64,000 nt of DNA from the human T2T-CHM13v2.0 reference genome, Homo sapiens: assembly GCF_009914755.1 (NCBI RefSeq), contig NC_060929.1. One strand, written 5' to 3'. Shown piece by piece: positions 12,803 to 24,950 of the stretch; position 1 is the stretch's first letter; each line of letters begins with the position of its first letter. The translations under genes were made by a program, and so were the position numbers. The notes under the pieces are model-generated. The model saw nothing but the letters and a program-made list of their open reading frames with translations, was not told the origin of the DNA and did no database searches.

Positions 12803-13016
12803 TTTAGTGAATATTCTTAAATACATTTAGTAAATGTGAATATGTTCTCCTTAAATTTTATCCATTTATCTAATGTATATATTCTTCTTAGTATTTTAAA
12901 AAATAGTCAAACATTTGAAAGCTGAGTAATAACAAGGTTTGATCTCCTTATTTTCTGATATATTTATTATATTCCTAAGTATATTAGTTAATATAATTTC
13001 GATCAGTGTCATTTTA

Positions 13017-13225
13017 GGAAGCAGCATGATACAGTGGCCCAAACCCTGTAACTTATTGGTTGTGTAAACTTGGATAAGTTATTCAGCATGACTGTGCTTC
13101 AGTTTCCTTCTTTGTAAATGGGGGTAATAATAAACTATACCTCATAGGATTGTATGAAGAGTAAATAACTAACATAAAGCACATAAAATAGTACTTAACA
13201 TATTTTAAGTACCCAATAAATGTTG
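13017..13225 (+). mobile_element. MIR SINE
   Basis: Core CTTGGATAAGTTATT...CTGTGCTTCAGTTTCCT...TGTAAATGGGGGTAATAATA...CCTCATAGGATTGT. Confidence 0.85.
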
Positions 13226-13288
13226 GGAAATAAAATGTTCGATTAAGTAGATATATTTAAAAGATTTATTTTTATTAAATATATTCTA

Positions 13289-14340
13289 TTTCTCTTGACT
13301 TTTTAATAACAGCCATTCTGACTGATATGAGATAGTATCTCATTATGGTTTTGATTTGCATTTGTCTGATGATTAGTGACGCTGGGCATTTTTTCATACG
13401 TTTTTTGGCCACTTGTATGTCTCCCTTTGAGGAGTGCCTGTTCACGGCCTTTGCTCACTTTTTGTAATGGGGTTATTTTTCTTGCTTGTTGATTTATTTA
13501 AGTTCCCTATAGATTCTGGATATTAGGTCTTTGTTGGATGCATAGTCTGCAAATATCTTCTTCCATTTTGTAGGTTGCCTGTTTACTTTGTTGATAGTTT
13601 CTTTTGCTGTGCAGAAGCTCTTTAGTTTATAATTAGGTCCCACTTGTCTATTTTTGTTTGTTTTGTTGTTGTTGTTGTTGTTGCAATTGCTTTTAGGGAC
13701 TTAGCAGAAAAAGAGAAAAGGGAATTCTTACACACTGTTGGTGGAATGTAAATTAGTTTAGCCACTATGGAAAGCAGTCTGGAGATTTCTCAAAGAACTT
13801 AAAACAGCTACCATTTGATCCAGCAATCCTATTACTATTGGGTATATACCCAAAGGAAAATAAATCATTCTACCAAAAAGACACATGCACTTGTGTGTTC
13901 ATCACTGCACTATTCACAATAGCAAGACATCAAAGGTAGATTGGATGAAGAAAATGTGGCATATATACACCATGGAATGCTATGCAGCTAGAAAAAAGAA
14001 TGAAATCATGTCCTTTGCAGCAACATGAATGCAGTTGGAGGCCATGATCCTAAGTAAATTAATGAAGGAACAGAAAACCAAATATTGCATGTTCTCACTT
14101 ATAAGTGGGAGCTAAACATTGAGCACACATGGACATACATATGGGAAAAAAATAGACACTGCAGACTACTAGAGAGGGGAGAGAAGGAAAGGGCATGGGT
14201 TAAAAAACAATCTATTGGGTACTATGCTCACTACCTAGGTGACAGGAACCACACCTGAAGCCTCAACATCACACAATAGTCCCACATAGCAAACCTGCAC
14301 ATATACCCCCAGTATCTAAAATAAAAGTTGAAATGTAAAA
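13289..14340 (+). mobile_element. L1PB4-like, 5'-truncated with a 5' inversion
   Basis: 13289-13705 is antisense ORF2-end sequence; 13706-14340 is the sense 3' end finishing ...AAACCTGCACATATACCCCCAGTATCTAAAATAAAAGTTGAAA. Confidence 0.85.
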
Positions 14341-15154
14341 TATATGTATTCTAAAAGAATATTTTAAGAATGTATTTAGAATATCCTTTAGAATTTTTTT
14401 TGGTAAAGTTGGTCAAACATTCAGGAATAGGTTGTCAAACTAATTGATTTTAGTAGATTGATTTTCTATGAATTTCTACAGTTTTGTTGATTATTATTCT
14501 CTATTTATGTATTTATTATTTGTGATGGTGATTTAAAATTTAATTTCTCCAAAAATCATGCCCCAGATGCTATACATGATTAAGTATGCAATTACTATTT
14601 TGAAAGGCAGTAATTAGAATAAAAACTCCTTGAAAAACATCAAAAAAGGTACTTAGTGAACACCTGATTAGAAATCTGATCTATTCAGCAACCGGAGAAA
14701 ATTTCTGTGATATTTTACATCTCTAACTGAAAAATTAGATATTAAGAACATATTGTTACATTATTTTCAAGCTTGCTTATAAAATTACACAAATAGATGT
14801 AGAGGGTATGAGTTTTAAGTCAAGTACAGGAGTTTCTTGAAAGAAAAATACAAACCCTGAGTGTGCTAAGTGACAATCTAGAGTCACAGAAAATATCTGT
14901 GACTTTGCAATACTGTGCAATGTTTTCTAATTGCATTTAATGAAAAATGTTTATATAATCATTCTTTATGCTGGGGAAATAAAGCCTTCTGCCTTATTTG
15001 GTTTTGTTGCTATCCCAGTGAATACTGGACGTTAACTAGTAGTTAATCGCTGAACAATTCAAGCTGCCTGTTTTGGATCCAAAAGTATTCTTAAAGATGG
15101 GAAAGCCATATTAACAGCACTAAGCTGTAATATCCAGCCAGTTCTGCTGGATCT

Positions 15155-15225
15155 CGAATCATAGGATTTTTGCCTTGCAAGAAGATCTGTAAATCATCTA
15201 TCCCAAACCTTCAGTTGAGGCTACT
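15155..15225 (-). mobile_element. MIR3-like fragment
   Basis: GAATCATAGGATTTT...GAAGATCTGTAAATCATCTATCCCAAAC. Confidence 0.4.
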
Positions 15226-17765
15226 TAAGGGAAGTTTTTAGAGACTTCAAAGACTTCGTAAGTCCATTTATTTGCTAGGACTACTTATTACAGCTAAATC
15301 CTTCAAAGCTTTTGAATGTACCCATGTGCTGAAGAAATTAATCTGCTTGTTGAAGGTCACTTTTAAAATGTGGCTTTGGGCTACTTGAAGAGAAAGAAAA
15401 GTGTAAAAGGCAAGGGAAGGTTGGAGGAAGCTCTCATGTTAGTTAACCTTGGCTGCTACCCAAGTTGTGGCTTGAGTGTGCGAGGATGATCTTATGCACA
15501 CTGAATGGGTGCCATCCTACCAGGAGATAAGGTACACTTGACTGTGGCAAATAAACATAATCTTACTACAGATTCTTCCAAGTTATAAGATTATTTTGTG
15601 ATTTTCTTCAGCCTTTTTGTTTTAGAGGAAACATTGGGTTTAAGGAATTTTATCTAAAGAAATTCATAACCTGAACATCATATATTTCATATTTACCTGA
15701 TATTTACTATTTGTGTAATGCTTATAAAATGAATACCGTAAGGATGTAGTTTTGCATTAGTATGGCATTTCAAGAAGAACACCCCAAATGGAGATTCCGG
15801 TCTTTTCTCACATATGCTTCCTCTTCTCTAGCCTCTTATGTGTTCGAAATCCACTCTCCACCATGCTGCACTTTCCTGCATGGAGCCTGCCAGACACTTC
15901 ACCACTTCCCCACCACACTCAGCCTCCTGTGATTGGGAGTTCATCTTTGGCTTTTAGTGGTTCCCTCAAGACTTGCCTGAGTGAATTTAGACACCTGCGC
16001 TGCCCGCTGTCTCTCTCAGAGAGCAGGGAACAAGAGATGTTAAATGGGACATTCCCAAATTCAGTCTCCTTGGGGGATGGGGATGGGGCATAAGGATGGT
16101 GCAGGAAAGGGTATACATTCCACACATTGGATATTCTAATCCCATTTGATATGTGAACATATCAAATATTACTCCACTATATATGCAGTCTTCTCAAATA
16201 GTACTATTGTCTGTGGATCAGTGACTGACATTTGAACCAATCAAACAAACTGCAAGTTAATTCAAGCCCTTGGAACGCATAAATGTCTTGATTGGTCAAA
16301 CAGAGTTGATATTTCATGATGGCTATCAGAACTAAGTTACTAAATTGTATCTATGTTTCATGCCTAATAATAAAATGAAACTTCATACTCATGTTAGGAA
16401 TATTATGAGTATAAGGGAGACAACACCACAAAGGGCTGTGCCATTACATTAGATTGCGGAGTAAAATAAAAGCAGACAACTTTGGAAAAAGCAACTTGTC
16501 TTTTTGACTGTGTCTTTGGCGCTAAAGTGCCAAAACTGCGTTTTGGGAGTGCAGCCACGAGTAACAATGAGACAGTTTTGAATATTACCTCCCTCATATT
16601 CTTTCTTTCTATTGGCATAACCTACTAAGTAGCTCCTACATTGCATGGGGATTAGAGATTCATTGCGTTTGCAACTAACTTCTCAAATTTTGAGGAAGGA
16701 AACCCTGTATTTAGTCTTGGATCACGGGGAAGATAGTGTCTGTCTAGAAAAAAAGGAAATTAAAATTAATATGAGCAAAGCAATTTACTCTTTTTTTCTA
16801 CATAATCCTTTGAAAATGAATTTGGATTTCTTTTAGAGATCTTAGGTATATCTAAAAGTCTCAAAACCGAAGACGTAAATATGTAAAAAGGGAGTTTCAG
16901 GTGACAGTTTGGATATGTTTGCAAGAGGAGAGCAGGCATTTTCCTGTTTTGTGACACTGCCTATAAAAGCAGTCAAGAAACTAATGGGTGAATTTGGCTC
17001 TCAGTGATATAGAACTTGAGACAACTTGCTTCTGTTTTCATTTAGTCTGTAGATAAAATGCTGTTTAATTTTAAGGCAGCATTATGGTGACTGTATTATA
17101 CGATTGCACAGAATGATACTCTTGATAGTCTGAGAAAAACAAATTTTAAAATTTGTATTGTTATCTGAGGAAGCACTTTTTACAGTGGCAATGTTCAGAG
17201 ACCATCCTCTGTTATAATTCAAGCAGAAGACACAAATATATAAATAATACATTATAAAGAAGTCTCATGTGGTGTGGTTTATTAGAGAATAAAGGAAACT
17301 GACTGTCCCTGAATAGAGTTTTTGAATATGGTCTTATACCAAGCTGTACCCATTAGTACTTCTGATTCACAGTAAGCACCTTTTGAGTTATGGTTCTTTC
17401 ATATCAGTGTAATATTTTATTTTTTACAGTCTTATAGCAGAGTTAGTTGCATAATTATCTGCTATGACTGCAGCTTTTTTATATTGCCAACTGACTTCAG
17501 AATTTGGTAGACATTGTTTACCCTTTGCCATACTAGATCTTGTATATTCAATTCAATTTAACAAACATTTACAGTACACACATGTAATAAATGCTAGAAA
17601 AGCAGAGTAAAACAAAAAACAATAGAGGAACTATTTGGTGTCTTATATACAGATGAGAGTAGAACTGTGATTTTAATTGCATTAATTCAAATTAGCTACT
17701 GTGTATTATAGCTTTCCAAAGTTTCATTTATTTGTTTTGTAGAGCCAGTTTGGGTCTGTGAGTAG

Positions 17766-18465
17766 GTTGCTAAGATAGCCAGGAGGAAGCCAATATTTGA
17801 TTTATGAGAACAATTGCCTTTGTAGGCTATGGTTTTGTTTTTTTTTCTTCTTCTTCTTTTTTTTTTTTTTAACCAGAACCGGTCGGCTTTCTTTTTATTC
17901 AGTCATAATGATGCTTGTATTTGGCTAGTTGGACTGTTTTACACCTCATACTGTCCCCAGGACCTACAGGGTCTCAGTTCTCCTTGGACTGCTTCTCAGA
18001 AGCTACAAAGTAACTTCACTGATCATACTGCCAGCCAGTAACTTTTCCTCTTAGAAAGATCACAGGGCTCTATTACTGACCCAGCATGCTCCAGGATGCT
18101 GATCTGCCAAGCCCTGTCCTGTCCAGGCCTGACACATTATATTCTCTTCTGCAATCATAAGTGTGACTTGGAAATTGGTGTTTTTGCATACTTGTATGTG
18201 TGAATGCAGTACCTTGTAGCCACTAGCACATGTACATATAGCAGTTTTAGGGACTGGCTCTGCTTTTTCATTTCCCAGAAGTCACTGCCATGCAGATTTT
18301 CTGAGAAATGTTGTGTGCAGCAGGATAATGTATGGGTTTTTGTCTTTTTTGTTTCCTGTTCTTATGCCATGCTGTGATGTTGCCCTTCTTGAGGGGCAAT
18401 GATGCCAGATAGTGGGATGGACAAGCTGAACATAAGGATTAGAAGGAAGTGGTTTCCCTAGCAAC
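17766..18465. promoter_or_regulatory. Candidate enhancer: RFX X-boxes, STAT GAS and ETS motifs
   Basis: GTTGCTAAGATAGC at 17766; GTTTCCCTAGCAAC at 18452; TTCNNNGAA at 17993, 18272 and 18299; GGAAGT at 18445. Motif matches only. Confidence 0.3.
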
Positions 18466-19409
18466 AATAGCCATGCAGGGGGAGACACTACTTATCTACT
18501 GCTCATAGCTCTTTTCCTCTGGTTTAAATAACATGGATAGAGGATCTAAATGCTAAGTATCTGATTCTGAATCATTTCTAGTGGATGAAATTACAGCAAA
18601 CAAGCACTGTCTAAAAACGAATTTGGAAATTTGATGAAGGTGCAATATACTTTTGTATGTTGATAGGCACCTCCAAAACTATCTGTTTCCTATTGGTGTG
18701 CCATTGCTTTTGCACTCTTTATTAGGTGACACTGGGAAATAGTTATTTCTCACAAAGACAAAGCAGGCAAAGGACTTGCAAAAGCCTGGTTTTAAAAACT
18801 TATTTAAAAATTCCCATTATATTTTTAACGTTTAAAAATTATCCTTCTACATCAGTCACTAAAAAGCAATTTGTAGATTACGTTATATGATAAGAAGGTA
18901 AGAATATCACTCTAATTTAGTAACTTCATTCTAGTTCTTTATAGTGATCTTATTTTAAAGGCTTTAAATTATTCTTTTCTGAATTCTTCACTTATTTTTG
19001 TGTTATCTTGATGTTAGAGTATTAATGCTTTGATGTGATTATTAGTCATTATTTGTGAAATGAGAAATGGCATGCTAAATATGGCTCTCCATAGTTGCTG
19101 ATCAGCATTGCATAACATTTATGTGTATTTCATATTACACAACCAGGCATAATTTTGGTATCTGAGTACTGAATGCGGGTTAAGTAAAAATATTTTCATA
19201 CTGTCTGAAAGCAACTATGATAAAAGAAAAGATGACTTTCCAAACTAGTACCTCTCAAACACTGGCCCACCTTTGAATAGTCAGTCATTGTTTATTGTTT
19301 TTTTAGATTTCCTGACTTACCCACAGTTAGTGAAATCCTGAGCACTAAAAATAAATAGTTGTATATTCCTGAAAAAAAATGTCTAATTTGAGCAAAACTA
19401 GGTAAAAGT

Positions 19410-19710
19410 ATAGAGCAATGCTATCTGATAAAAATATGTGAGTCACAAACACAAGTCACATATTTAATTTTAAATTTTTGAATATCTTTTATAAAAAGAA
19501 AAAAGAAAAACAAATATGTCTAAAATATTATTTTCATTTTTATTATTTCAATTAATATGAAAATTATTAATGAGATGTTTTACTCTTTTGCATACCCAGT
19601 CTTTTAACATCTGACTGTATTTTATATTTAAGCATACCTCAATTTGGATTAGCCATATTTTAAGTGCTCAATAGGCATATGTGCCTTGTGGCTAACATAT
19701 TGGTCTAGAA
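19410..19710. mobile_element. MER33-like hAT-Charlie element
   Basis: AAAATTATTAATGAGATGTTTTAC...CTCAATTTGGATTAGCCATATTTTAAGTGCTCAATAGGCATATGTG. Confidence 0.75.
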
Positions 19711-20769
19711 CATAAAATATCACCAAGGGCATTTGAGAGTCAGTTCCATAGGTTAAGCTACTGATGCTATAGAAATACTGTTTTTCTTAGACAAAAATCT
19801 ATCATTTGAAATGTCTGGAAAAGTTTATAGCTTGGCAATGTTTTCTAGATTCAATATTAGGTCCTCCTGAAAAAATGCTTAAATGTTCATAAAAACCTTT
19901 CCAAAATTTGTCTTATAGGCCATAATTAAGTTGATAATAATATGATTATAGAGACTAGAAAACAGTGGCTAACTTAGCTAATTCTGTTCATACCTTTTTA
20001 TACGTTCTTGGAAAAACTTCTTTGCAGATTTAGCATTCCAGGTTGTTGTATTAGCATAATAGAATAAAGAATATCTTACAGAAACCAGCTCTTTGCGGAC
20101 TTTCTTTATAACCATTATTTTTGGAATGTAAACATATGCTGTGTGGATTCAGAGTGACTAAACCGAGAAAACCATACATTTTTCAAAAAGAGGTTTCATT
20201 CCAATCTCCTTGATTACAGAGTGATACTTGCTTTCTCTGAATGCCATTACAGAGAAGAAATAGAGGAAGAAGAATATGAGTGTTTTATTTCTGCCAACTG
20301 GCTGAGTCAAGCAAATTTCTTTCTCTCCCAATTCCCTGTACTATTTAGAAATCACTTTCAGAAAGATTGACTAGCAAGAATCACAACTAAATTTTCAAGA
20401 ATTTCTATGGATGAAGATATCATAATTACAAACATATCTAGGATAAATAAGAAACTATTATGTGTGCTCACAAACTCATTTATAAGCTTTCTATTTTCAA
20501 AAAAATTGAGACAAGTGTTTCATTTGAAAATTCTGTCCCTTATCATTTATTAATCCTATCATTGGCCCAACTAGAAGTTTCTGAGAATCTAGTCTCATTA
20601 GATAAACTTGAACAAGTTCAAATTGCCAATGATTAACAATAAGTAATTTGTGAATTAATGTGAAAAATATCTGTTATTAAATGGATCAGACTAATGAAAG
20701 AACTAAATTTCTATATGTGTAGAGATTCAAGTGGCTTGTAAGATATAGAAGCAAAAAGCAACAAATAAT

Positions 20770-21145
20770 TTATAGTTTATTTAACTTATTGAGCCAATAA
20801 ATATTTTTAGAACTCACACTTCATGCAAATTACTCTTCTTAGATGCAGTAAGAATTCAAAGATGAATTGGATGTAAATTCTGCACTTAAGATTTCATAAT
20901 TTAGTGGGGGTGAAGGAGATCATAAATAGCTATAATGGAAGCTCCAGAATTTTGAGAGACCTGAGGCAAGGGAGATTTGTTTCCCAGGACTGGGGGTGAT
21001 GGAATCAGGAAAGGAGACAAAGCAGCTTCCCCAAGAAAATAGATTTGAGCTATTTCTTAATGAATGGGAAGTATTTAGCTGAAAAAAAAAATAGGGGAAG
21101 GCATTTAGGTAGAAAAAGTACTAACGAAAGCAAGGCTCCTGAGGG
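20770..21145 (-). mobile_element. L2 3' relic
   Basis: CAATAAATATTT...GAATTCAAAGATGAATT...TAATTTAGTGGGGG...GATTTGAGCT. Confidence 0.55.
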
Positions 21146-21155
21146 ATTACAGAAA

Positions 21156-21457
21156 TTTTCTTTTTTCTTTCCTTTTTTTGTTTTTCGAGACAGGGTTTCA
21201 CTCTGTCATGCCAGGCTGGAGTGCAGTGGTGAAATCACAGCTCACTGCAGCGTCAACCTCCTGGGCTCAAGTGATCCTCCCATCTCAGCCTGGGAATACC
21301 GACGTGCACACCACGCCTGGCTAATTACTATATTTTTTGTAGAAATGGAGTTTCACCACGTTGCCCAGGCTGGTCTCGAACTCCTGAGCTCAAGCAATCT
21401 GCCCACTTCGACCTCCAGAAGTGCTGGGATTACAGTCATGAGCCACAACACATGGCC
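21156..21457 (-). mobile_element. AluJ
   Basis: CACAGCTCACTGCAGCGTCAACCTCCTGGGCTCAAGTGATCCTCCC (AluJ right arm); small internal deletion; TSD-like TTACAG(G)AAA. Confidence 0.92.
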
Positions 21458-22277
21458 TTACAGGAAAGAATTGAATGGGAAGTGGTGATATATGGCTTTG
21501 CATTTTGTTCGCTGATTATATTCTGAATAGAAAGAAGTTTTACAACATTGATTAAGGTGATTCTGTGTAGTTTCTCAGCAACAGTTCAAGGTCTATTTAA
21601 CTAAGGAGTCTCTTTTGATCATAGCTCCCAGTAAAATCATTCTATTTGCAAATTACAAGCATGTACTTGTTTCTCAAGTTTTATACTATGACAGGGAGTC
21701 AGATTCATTAATTCATTCATTATTTTTTCAATATTGACATTAGTGTCATTGTTTTAGCCAAAAAAACAAAATTTATTTAAATCAAATGGAAAAGAGAAGT
21801 TAAAATAATATGATCATAATTTGTTATTAATTAAAAACAGATAAATTTTGGCTGTATATTTTATATCTAACGTTTTACTACATTTTATCTGTTTCAGATG
21901 TACAGATACTTTTATTTGAGATTTCTTATATTACTTATTAGTTTAGCTTAAACTTCCTCCACCCCTTCCCCCCAATTTAATAAGTATTCAATAGTTTTAT
22001 TCTCATTAGTCCATGGCTTGACTATATGTAATTCATAACATTTAACCTTTTGGCACTTTTATTGCATCAAGCCTGGACAGCAGCCAGGTGGGTGTTGATT
22101 TCTTTTTAATTTGTCTTCCTTGGTGATATCATTAGTCCTAATATTTGGGATTCTTTTTTGGTTTTGCTTTCCCAATAAAGTCATTTTCCCTGCAATAGGC
22201 TAATAGGCAATAGGCTAAGACACTTCTTGCCACTGTGAAGAGCACAGACACTGTTTTTAGATTGGTGAAATACATCT

Positions 22278-22805
22278 TGGTAACAGATACCTTTTGTACT
22301 CCATTTTACTTCCCCTCAGCCTGCCTCTGACTTGAGCTACAAGCTGTGGTGGACAGTTTTTATGCATAGTACCACAGCCCCACTTCAAGTGCCTATCAGG
22401 TCTTTCTGCTTATATAGCTATACCTATTTTATAGATATACTTGTATCTATCTATGTATCTATATCTATATCTATATCCATATCTATATATTTTTTGCAAG
22501 CCAAGGACCATTCAGCCAGAAGCAAGGTAATATGGAATCGTGGGGGCAGTTAATGCTTCTGGGAGACACTCTTAACTAGTGGAGGAAATAAGTTGATGGA
22601 TGCTTACAGGCTTCCCAGCTCTGTGGAGCCCCAGTTGTCTGCAACACAAAGTAGCTCCATTGGCTTTCTCTTTTATTGGCTTTCTCATTTTCCCTGTTTC
22701 ACTCTTCACTCCCTCACTCCTGCTTCTGGGAGTCACCTCTCAAATAAACCACTTGAACCCAAGTCCTTATCCCTGGCTCTGCTTTGTGAAGGAAATGCAT
22801 TTCAC
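22278..22805 (+). mobile_element. LTR16-like ERVL solo LTR containing a (TA/TATC)n tract
   Basis: GCTGTGGTGGACAGTT and CACCTCTCAAATAAACCACTTGAACCCAAGTCCTT...GGCTCTGCTTT U5 motif. Confidence 0.7.
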
Positions 22806-23128
22806 CATTCTTAAAAAGGATTATGTACTTTTTTTAGAAATCAAGGTTGAGTACCAGAATGACTAAAGAGTTTATATCAGGCCCCTCAATAGAAAGTTGA
22901 GATGAGAATGTCTGAACCTTGTTTATGTGAATGAATTATAATCAAAATGTTAATTTATGTCAAGTTTTAAAAACCTAGTGTTGTATTTCCTAATGGAAAT
23001 AACATCATAAATGCTGTAAATGATGTCATCAGTAGTTAGCTTCCTAGTTAACAAAAATGAATTAAGTTTCTGACTAACTAAAAAAATTAAGTAAAACATA
23101 TAATTTATCCTGTTTTATAGAATCACAT

Positions 23129-23496
23129 TATATTAATTTGTTAGGGCTTCCATAACAAAATATCACAGATTAGTTGGCTTAAAGATAAATTTATTTTCTC
23201 ATAGTTCTGGAGGCTAGAAGTCTGAGATCAAAGTGTCAACAGGGTTAATTTTTTCTGAGGCGCTTCTTGGCTTGTAGATGGCAGTCTCTTCCCTCTGTCT
23301 TCCCATGGTCTTCCTCTGTGTATGTCTGTGTTTTAATTTCCTCTCCTTACAAGGACATCACTCATCTTGGACTATTAGGTCCCACCCTAGTAAGCTCATT
23401 TTGACTTAATTATCTCTTTAACAACACTTTCTCCAAATACATTCATAGAACTTCAATATATAAATTTGGGGAGGACACACAATTCGGCCCATAACA
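23129..23496 (-). mobile_element. MLT1A/B solo LTR
   Basis: TATATTAATTTGTTAGGGCT...ACACAATTCGGCCCATAACA; perfect 5-bp TSD CACAT at 23124-23128 and 23497-23501. Confidence 0.9.
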
Positions 23497-23509
23497 CACA
23501 TGTAACTTT

Positions 23510-24745
23510 AAATGTTTCATTACAAGTTGTTTGATACATATAAACAAATATTAATGATGAAAACACCATCCAGTGTGGAAATAGAGCCTTATAAATGCCT
23601 TTGCAACCAGTTGGATTCTCCTTTCCTCTTCCATCCTCTTCCTTCACTTCAAGAAAGTAAACACTATTCTGATTTTCGTTTATCAATTACTTTTTAATAG
23701 ATTAATGACATATGAATATATACTTAAGCAATGCATTACTTTTTTGAGCTTTATAAAATAGCAGTTTTTTGTACAGTTTTATGCACTTGCTTTTTCTCTC
23801 AACATTATGTGTTTCAGAGTCATTCATACTGAAGCAGCTAGGTATAATTCATTCATTTCACTATTGTATAATATTCCACTAGATGAGTATACATATACAT
23901 GACTGTTCATTTACTGTTGATAGAATTTAGCTTGTTTCCAGGTTTTTTTGTTGTTGTTATTAACTATGCTGCTCTTCTTGCACATATCTTTTTCACATAT
24001 GTGAGACATGCTTTATACCCAGGTCTGGAATTGCTGGATTGTAGGGAATGTGATTATTTACAGATTCACTATTCACAAATTGCTTTCCAAAGTGGTAATG
24101 CCAGTTTATGTTGCCATCAATAGTGTCTCAGACTCTTGAATAATTTGTATTGTGGCCAATACTTGTTATTGTAAATTACAATACAGGCTTGTAAATTTAT
24201 GCCAATGTAGTAGGTGCCAAATGATATCAAATTGTGTTTCTAATTTACATTTTCCTGACAACTAATAATTGCTAATGAGCCTCTTTTCTTATGTTTATGA
24301 GCCATTCATATTTCTCATCTACAAAATGCTTTCTTTTAATTTTTTAGCCTACTTTTCTACTGGGTCTTTTGTCTTCTTTTTTATGTGATAGCTTTTTCTG
24401 TACTGAGATAAAATTCAATTTTTGCCTGTATTTCTTGCAGATATCTTCTCACAGTTTGTAGTACCATTTTACTTTCTTTGTCTTTTAATGAACAGAAATT
24501 ATTAATTTTAATATAGTTGAACTTAGCAGTGTTTTCTTTTATGATTATTTTTCATAGATTGTTTAAAAAATCTTTCCCTATCCTAAGGGCATATATATAT
24601 ATATATATATTTTCTCTAAAAACTTTATGGTTTATCCTTTACATTTACATTTTTATTCCTTCAGTAATGGACTTTTAGGTATGGTATAAGGTAGGGACTT
24701 AGCTCCATTTGTCTTCCACATTGATTATCAATTGTCCTATCAGTT
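23510..24745 (-). mobile_element. Old L1ME-type 3' region
   Basis: CATTCATTTCACTATTGTATAATATTCC, GGAATTGCTGGATTGTAGGG, TTTCCAAAGTGGT, ACAGAAATTATTAATTTTAAT. Confidence 0.75.
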
Positions 24746-24950
24746 AGAATAAAATCACCACTATGCTTTTGTATGTCTTGCTAAATATTCCAGTTGGAAC
24801 TGAAATTTTATTAAATTGTATTTTCTTTTTAATTGATATATAATAATTTATATATTTATTGAGTATATGTGAGTGTTTGTTACATGCAGAGAAGGTGTAG
24901 TGATCAAGTCAGGGTATTTAGTATATTTACCACCTTGAGTTTTTTATCAT

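Noticed and set aside
15788-16093. 101-aa ORF in unique DNA
   Set aside because: No recognisable domain or splice context; this length is expected by chance in a locally GC-richer patch.
16072-16111. Possible G-quadruplex (GGGGG-AT-GGGG-AT-GGGG)
   Set aside because: Only three close G-tracts; the fourth is about 20 nt away.
16961-17005. TATA box (CTATAAAAG) with Inr-like TCAGT
   Set aside because: The spacing is about 41 nt rather than about 30, there is no CpG island, and the motif is common in AT-rich DNA.
17877-17905. SAFFLF peptide resembling the HMG-box motif PPSAFFLF
   Set aside because: Similarity is limited to six residues with no continuation, so it is not an HMGB pseudogene.
21045-21488. 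147-aa ORF
   Set aside because: It reads through an antisense AluJ, a typical Alu-derived spurious peptide; the same applies to 57213..57659 and 48229..48558.
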